From positions 1 through 27,589 of the IMG/VR virus record IMGVR_UViG_3300048080_000580: a stretch of 27,589 nt of DNA. One strand, 5' to 3'. This document shows positions 22,965-27,589 of this stretch, piece after piece. The translations under genes and the position numbers were made by a program. The notes under the pieces were generated by a model. The model had not been told where the DNA came from, did not search any database, and was given only the letters and a program-made list of their open reading frames with translations. The stretch's first letter is position 1, and each line of letters opens with the position of its first letter. Source of the DNA: a virus (taxonomy: Duplodnaviria; Caudoviricetes).

Positions 22965-25205
22965 CTACGAAATCTCGGACTCCAAAGCCCTCGTATCTTG
23001 GGATACGGTGACGATGATGAACTCAGCCGGCTTGTTCGTCGCAAGGCCGACCTTGACGAGGAGCTTGCCCGCCGCGATCACAGAGGGCTTGTTCAGCCCC
23101 CCAGGACCGTCGCTGACGTCCACGAAGAACGCGGTCGCCGGGTCGAACGAGGCCAGGCAGCCCTTCGCCATGCGGTCTAGGCAGAGCAGTCGCGCGGTCT
23201 TCTCGACCGTCCCGCGGAGCTCCTGCGTGTTGTTCTTCAGGCGGGCGAACTCGAGCCCACCTTGCAGCACGCGCTCGAAGTCCGAGACGCCGAGGCGCTC
23301 GCCGAGGGACGGGAAGTTCCCGTCGCCCTTCATCGTACGGACACCGTCGAGGAAGAACCCGCGGCCCGGGATGCTCCGGATCGGGTTGATGCGCTTGGGG
23401 TAGAGAATATCGCGCACCGCCTCGCGGTACACGTCCTCATTCTCCACGCCCACAACGCCCTGGAGCACGCCGTCCTCCACGCCACCGGGTTGCGTGAAGG
23501 CACCTGCCGCGCGGACAGCCGCGACGTTGGCGTACACACCGGAGATCGAGCCGGAGGGGGCGACCAGGATCTTCTCGTCGAGGCCGAAGATCACGGACGA
23601 CGGGTTCGGGATGTAGACGCGGGGCCAGTAGATCGCAGCCACTTCCGACGCGCCCGGAGAGAGCGAATCACGGTGCGTGACCATCGACGTGTACGAGAGC
23701 CCAGTTGGCGGGTCGATGACCGCTACCATCAGGCGGTTTCGCGTGACCTCGCAGTACGTGATCATCGCGTTCTGGACAGCCACGGTGGCTCTGTCCGGAA
23801 TAGCGATCATCGTAACTTCTGGCTTCGTGTCGAGCGCTCGAATGCCAGTTTGGCCCGCCGAATCACCGATGAAGTCCGCATCCGCGAGGCTCGCGAGTCC
23901 GTCGTTGCCTCCTGTGAGGGCCGCGAACGGAGAACTGTTGTTGGCCGGGCGGCGCTGCGTAGGAGTACCGCCGGCCGCGAGGTCGACGGCCTCGACGAGG
24001 TTCGACCCATCTTCGGGGTCGTTGACGATCGTCTCGATGTAGTTCGAGAGAGTCGAGTCCATCGTCACGTTCGGCCACTGCTCGACGAGGATGGAGCTCC
24101 GGCGGATGTTGTAGTTGAACTCGCTCGCGATGCCGCTCGTCGCTGCCGCCAACTCGACGGTGAGCGCGTTGGCATACGTGCCCTTCGTCTTGCCGTCCGT
24201 GCGAAGCGTGGCCACCGACCCCGAGGAGCCCGAGTGCGTGGCGTTGTCGAGGCCGAGTTCGTCGTCCGCGGTGGACGACGCCTTCACTTGGATGCTAGCC
24301 GACGCGCCGGTAGCCACTGTGGTGATGTGGACCTTTCCACCCACGCTCGTGATGGAGACGCCGCTGTTGCTGGTCCAAACTGCTTCGACAATGGTCTCGA
24401 TCTCGGCGACGGTCACGGAGTCGATGTTCGCGACGTTGCCCGTGCCAGCGATGTTGCCGGTCGTGAACCCGAGGGCGCCGTTGGCGGTGCCGCCAGTGAC
24501 GTTGACGCCCGAGCTTGTGCCGCGGACGTCCGAAGTGATCCGAACCTGCGTGCCACCGATCACCAAGATCGAGCAACCCGTCAGTTCAGCGGCGAGAACC
24601 GCGGCGACTTCCTCGGCCGTGGCAGTTGCGATGTTCGAGAACTCGCTGGTGTTGAAGATCGCCGTCTGCACGCCGCCGGAGTTGATCGAGACGGTCAGGG
24701 TCTGCAGATCGGCCAGGGCAAACGGCTCCGTCAAGCTCGTACGAGCTGCCGCCGTCGCGTTGAAGGTTGCAGTCTGATCGCCGGCGCCACCAACGGACCC
24801 GACCAGCGTGTCGGCCGGCTCGAGGTTGAACGGTCCGACGACAGTGCCCTCAACTTCACCCGGTGACGCCGCCGCCGCCGCGTTGTGCGTAGCGGTGCCG
24901 ACCACGCCCTGCGCGTTGGCCGCGCTCGTGGCGTCTGGGCTGTAGTGCAGCGTGCGGATGACGAAGCAGCGCCGCCCACCGTTCAGGAAGTACTGTCGAA
25001 CGGCGAGGGCGAGCTCGGAGGCAGCCGTGAAGCCGCCGAAGATGTTCACGTACTCTTCGTACGAGGTGATGTCCGTCGCGACGCCGACGGGGCCACGCTC
25101 CGCAATGCCGATGAAGCTCCCGACCGCGGCGGGCAACTCCGGCGCAATGCGGATCCGGGGGTCCCCCTCCTGCATGACGATCTTGGAAGACAGAAGTTCG
25201 GCCAT
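22965..25205 (-). CDS. contractile tail sheath protein with inserted duplicated domains
   Basis: FIGIAERGPV, YFLNGGRRCFVIR, LTGGNDG, AAIYWPRV, APSG, RINPI, KPAEFI. Confidence 0.95.
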   Translation of the reverse strand: MAELLSSKIVMQEGDPRIRIAPELPAAVGSFIGIAERGPVGVATDITSYEEYVNIFGGFTAASELALAVRQYFLNGGRRCFVIRTLHYSPDATSAANAQGVVGTATHNAAAAASPGEVEGTVVGPFNLEPADTLVGSVGGAGDQTATFNATAAARTSLTEPFALADLQTLTVSINSGGVQTAIFNTSEFSNIATATAEEVAAVLAAELTGCSILVIGGTQVRITSDVRGTSSGVNVTGGTANGALGFTTGNIAGTGNVANIDSVTVAEIETIVEAVWTSNSGVSITSVGGKVHITTVATGASASIQVKASSTADDELGLDNATHSGSSGSVATLRTDGKTKGTYANALTVELAAATSGIASEFNYNIRRSSILVEQWPNVTMDSTLSNYIETIVNDPEDGSNLVEAVDLAAGGTPTQRRPANNSSPFAALTGGNDGLASLADADFIGDSAGQTGIRALDTKPEVTMIAIPDRATVAVQNAMITYCEVTRNRLMVAVIDPPTGLSYTSMVTHRDSLSPGASEVAAIYWPRVYIPNPSSVIFGLDEKILVAPSGSISGVYANVAAVRAAGAFTQPGGVEDGVLQGVVGVENEDVYREAVRDILYPKRINPIRSIPGRGFFLDGVRTMKGDGNFPSLGERLGVSDFERVLQGGLEFARLKNNTQELRGTVEKTARLLCLDRMAKGCLASFDPATAFFVDVSDGPGGLNKPSVIAAGKLLVKVGLATNKPAEFIIVTVSQDTRALESEIS

Positions 25206-25229
25206 TGCAACGTCCCCTGTAGGGTCGAG

Positions 25230-25505
25230 CTACTTGCTCGAGCTGACGATCAGCGTTCGCTTCGCGATGGCATCCACTACCTGAGGTAGCGACAGCACCG
25301 CCTCGTGCAGGCCCTTGACCTCTTCGCCTCCGAAGATCGTGAGCGAAGACGGATTCACGCGCTTTCCGCGTGCCATCGCGTAACCCACAGCGTAGTCGTA
25401 TTCCTCACGCTTGCACTTGCAAGGACCCCCTTTGGCGCAGTAAAGGCCGTGATAGAGGGTCGCCACGAACGGCCGCTTGCCGCGGTTTCTCAGCACGATT
25501 GCCAC
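25230..25505 (-). CDS. small basic protein with H-x3-C...C-x-C cluster
   Basis: Track ORF 25230..25535. GTG at 25505 (MAIVLRNRG...) is favoured because the promoter candidate overlaps the upstream codons; start uncertain. Confidence 0.6.
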   Translation of the reverse strand: MAIVLRNRGKRPFVATLYHGLYCAKGGPCKCKREEYDYAVGYAMARGKRVNPSSLTIFGGEEVKGLHEAVLSLPQVVDAIAKRTLIVSSSK

Positions 25506-25511
25506 GTTGTC

Positions 25512-25540
25512 ACATTGCCCCATGTTGGAGTGCAAGTCAA
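25512..25540 (-). promoter_or_regulatory. putative promoter TTGACT-N17-CAATGT upstream of the sheath-tube unit
   Basis: -35 at 25540-25535, -10 at 25517-25512; same design as the 2163-2191 candidate. Confidence 0.4.
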
Positions 25541-25569
25541 GTCTACAGAGACACTCCGAAATTCGTTAC

Positions 25570-26535
25570 TTAGGACGTTATGAAGGTCTCGGGGGCCGAT
25601 CCGACTGTACTCATCAAATCTCCCTCGATTGTCAGGATCTTGTAGCCTCGCGCCCTTGCTTGGCTAAACAGCACCGTGACCCCTCGAACGCGGATAGTGG
25701 AAGAGAATACACGGAGGTTGGAGTCGGAGGGGCCCCCAATCTCGGTTGGTTCCTCGACCTGCTGCAGGGCCTGTTTGACACGGGGCAGCACGCCGCCGCG
25801 GTCGACGTCGAGGTAAGCGATCTTCTCGAGCGTCTCTCGCGCAGCGGTCATCATGCGCAGGAGCTCGATGTGAGAATCCGACGCGCCGATGACCTTGTAC
25901 TCGAGCATCGTCACGATTGGCGGATCGTACAGATCGAAAACGTCCCCAGGCAGATTCTCTTCGACGAATTCCTGGCTGGTGAACTCCGAGTCGAAGGCCG
26001 CCTTGGGGCCTACGATGTGCAGGGACGGCAACTCTGCGACGTCGAGCTCTACGTAAGGGGAATCCGCGTAATCGGTGTGGGTCGTGTACGAGACGTTCTT
26101 GTGCACGCTGCGCTTGTACAAGCGGATCAACTCGCGGGTGACGCGATCGTACGGGTCGTCCTCAGCTGCAGGCGCCACCGTGGGAATGCGCTCATACGTA
26201 TAGGCTGCTGCGAGCGTGCCAGTCTCCCCAACGATGGGGACGCCGGCAGAGTCCAGATTCTTGACGACGATGGCGACCGCAGGGAAGACGGCTTCGTTAG
26301 CATCCCCGCGGTAGGCGGGCATCCTCACACTGAGAGACGTGGCGGAGAGGACTTCCACCGACTGCGCTAGTTCCCCGTTTACGAGGACCTGGACGGTGCT
26401 CAACTGCGTGTTGTACGGAGGCGGAACGTAGACCGCCGAGGGAAGCTTGAAGTTCGTGCCTGTGATCGTGACCACGTTCCGCCCGAGGGACGGCCCGGTA
26501 TTCGGGGAAACTGCTGTGACGGTCGGAACTGCCAC
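25570..26535 (-). CDS. IPT/TIG-domain protein; probable tail terminator / neck-associated protein
   Basis: PTVTAVSPNTGPSLGRNVVTITGTNF is a classic IPT/TIG start. The C-terminal domain (ELPSLHIVGP...LEYKVIGASD) and position before the sheath suggest a tail terminator. Confidence 0.7.
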   Translation of the reverse strand: MAVPTVTAVSPNTGPSLGRNVVTITGTNFKLPSAVYVPPPYNTQLSTVQVLVNGELAQSVEVLSATSLSVRMPAYRGDANEAVFPAVAIVVKNLDSAGVPIVGETGTLAAAYTYERIPTVAPAAEDDPYDRVTRELIRLYKRSVHKNVSYTTHTDYADSPYVELDVAELPSLHIVGPKAAFDSEFTSQEFVEENLPGDVFDLYDPPIVTMLEYKVIGASDSHIELLRMMTAARETLEKIAYLDVDRGGVLPRVKQALQQVEEPTEIGGPSDSNLRVFSSTIRVRGVTVLFSQARARGYKILTIEGDLMSTVGSAPETFITS

Positions 26536-27239
26536 TAGACCCTCACCTTCAAGAGTGCCAACTCGGGAGCGATCATCTTCTTCAAGATCACGTACGGGTT
26601 CAGTTCTTTGAACCGCCCGCCGGTGAACCCGGTCCGCAACTCGGCGTCCACCGCATCGTGGAACTTGCTCCAGATGGGGCGAGGCGGAATGTGCACGAAT
26701 ATCCTGCGATTACCCTTCTTTGCCCGCTTGGAAAGTTCCCGATTCCGCAGTAATCCAGCTTCACGGAACATAGCCATCAGGAAACTCTGCATCCGCTGCG
26801 TTACTTCGATCGAGAAACTCCCCCCGGTTTCAAGGAGCCCCGCCAATCGATTGTAGTTGGCCCCCGTGAAGCTCCTGGATCCAGACTCAAGCTTTACTAT
26901 GAACGTACCGCCGGCGCTGTGTTCAAGGACAACGCTCTTAGCGAGGTCCCCTGTATGTACCAGTGCCTTGGTGCTACGGCTCTTGGGAGACGCCGTCGTA
27001 GCCCCCGCAGCCTTCCCCATCGCGCGCTTCATCAAGGTCAGCGTGCTCGGTGGCTCGATCGGGGCGACGAAAGCTCCCGCTTTCCCGCGCCCCATGTAGG
27101 CATCCTGCAGCCAAGCGCGAGCTCCAACGGCGCTCTGCCGCACGGATGCGTTGAAGGCCTTCTTGAACTTCACGGAGAAGCCCTCGAGGCCACGCTTCGC
27201 GCTGGCGAAGTCTCCCTCTATCTTGACGCGGAAGGGCAT
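26535..27239 (-). CDS. virion morphogenesis / tail completion protein (P2 gpS / HK97 gp10-like)
   Basis: KALVHTGDLAKSV, LLETGG, HIPPRPIW motifs; ATG at 27239 with GAAGGGGG RBS and TAATG coupling. Confidence 0.75.
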   Translation of the reverse strand: MPFRVKIEGDFASAKRGLEGFSVKFKKAFNASVRQSAVGARAWLQDAYMGRGKAGAFVAPIEPPSTLTLMKRAMGKAAGATTASPKSRSTKALVHTGDLAKSVVLEHSAGGTFIVKLESGSRSFTGANYNRLAGLLETGGSFSIEVTQRMQSFLMAMFREAGLLRNRELSKRAKKGNRRIFVHIPPRPIWSKFHDAVDAELRTGFTGGRFKELNPYVILKKMIAPELALLKVRV

Positions 27240-27589
27240 TAGACCCCCTTCTGTCGGTCGTTCAAGAAGATGAGTTCGAGGTCGTGACCTTCGGGGCCGA
27301 ATCCCCAAGAGGCCGAGCGGACCTCAAAGACATAGAGCCCGTCCCCGCTGAAGGGGTGGACGGTCGCCCCGTTCTTCATGAGCTTCTCGACCCGATCGTT
27401 CACGTGGACGTCGACCTTTCGTTTTGCATCCAGCAAGCCCATCGCCTCGAGGTTAATCCGGGACAAAACCAGCACGATGTCAGACGAGGGTACGTTGCCC
27501 CCAAACAACTGGTGCAACTTCTCTTGGGACATGACCTCTACTTGGCAGGGCACGCGGATAGCTGGTTTCTCGGATCGAACGAAGCGCCG
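27239..27589 (-). CDS. 5'-truncated putative head-closure / head-tail adaptor protein
   Basis: Frame is open to the window edge (RRFVRSEKPAIRVPCQVE...); position upstream of the tail completion gene. Confidence 0.55.
   Translation of the reverse strand, partial: RRFVRSEKPAIRVPCQVEVMSQEKLHQLFGGNVPSSDIVLVLSRINLEAMGLLDAKRKVDVHVNDRVEKLMKNGATVHPFSGDGLYVFEVRSASWGFGPEGHDLELIFLNDRQKGV

Noticed and set aside
18293-26370. Long plus-strand ORFs (18293..19648, 19742..20914, 20082..21047, 22404..23180, 23262..24866, 25477..26370)
   Set aside because: Antisense shadows of well-supported GC-rich minus-strand genes, with no recognisable motifs.
5508-27589. eCIS / tailocin / T6SS rather than phage
   Set aside because: A long TP901-type tape measure, a G/GT chaperone pair and neck/tail-completion genes are present, and there is no Afp15-like ATPase or T6SS membrane complex. 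Capsid genes are outside the window, so a phage origin is likely but not proven.

Overview
GC-rich window holding the late (virion morphogenesis) region of a contractile-tailed, myovirus-like phage or prophage. The main operon reads on the minus strand from the right edge: head-closure/neck and tail-completion genes, an IPT/TIG-domain protein, tail sheath, tail tube, a tail assembly chaperone pair with a probable -1 frameshift, tape measure, tube initiator, LysM/gpX, hub (gpD-like), spike (gpV-like), gp25, baseplate J, several unknown baseplate proteins, a gpI-like wedge and a tail fibre. The left 5.5 kb holds accessory genes, including a plus-strand block with a Ser/Thr-rich repeat protein, a GT-A glycosyltransferase and a SAM methyltransferase. 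Four things stand out. (1) An intergenic motif, GATCAAGCACAAGG, occurs as dyads and half-sites at six loci and partitions the region into inverted-repeat-bounded blocks. (2) A free-standing LAGLIDADG endonuclease begins with a synonymously recoded duplicate of the first 12 codons of the adjacent baseplate J gene. (3) The tail sheath contains a nested domain duplication. (4) The plus-strand block is a candidate virion glycosylation cassette. All product calls rest on motif recognition and gene order; no database search was run.
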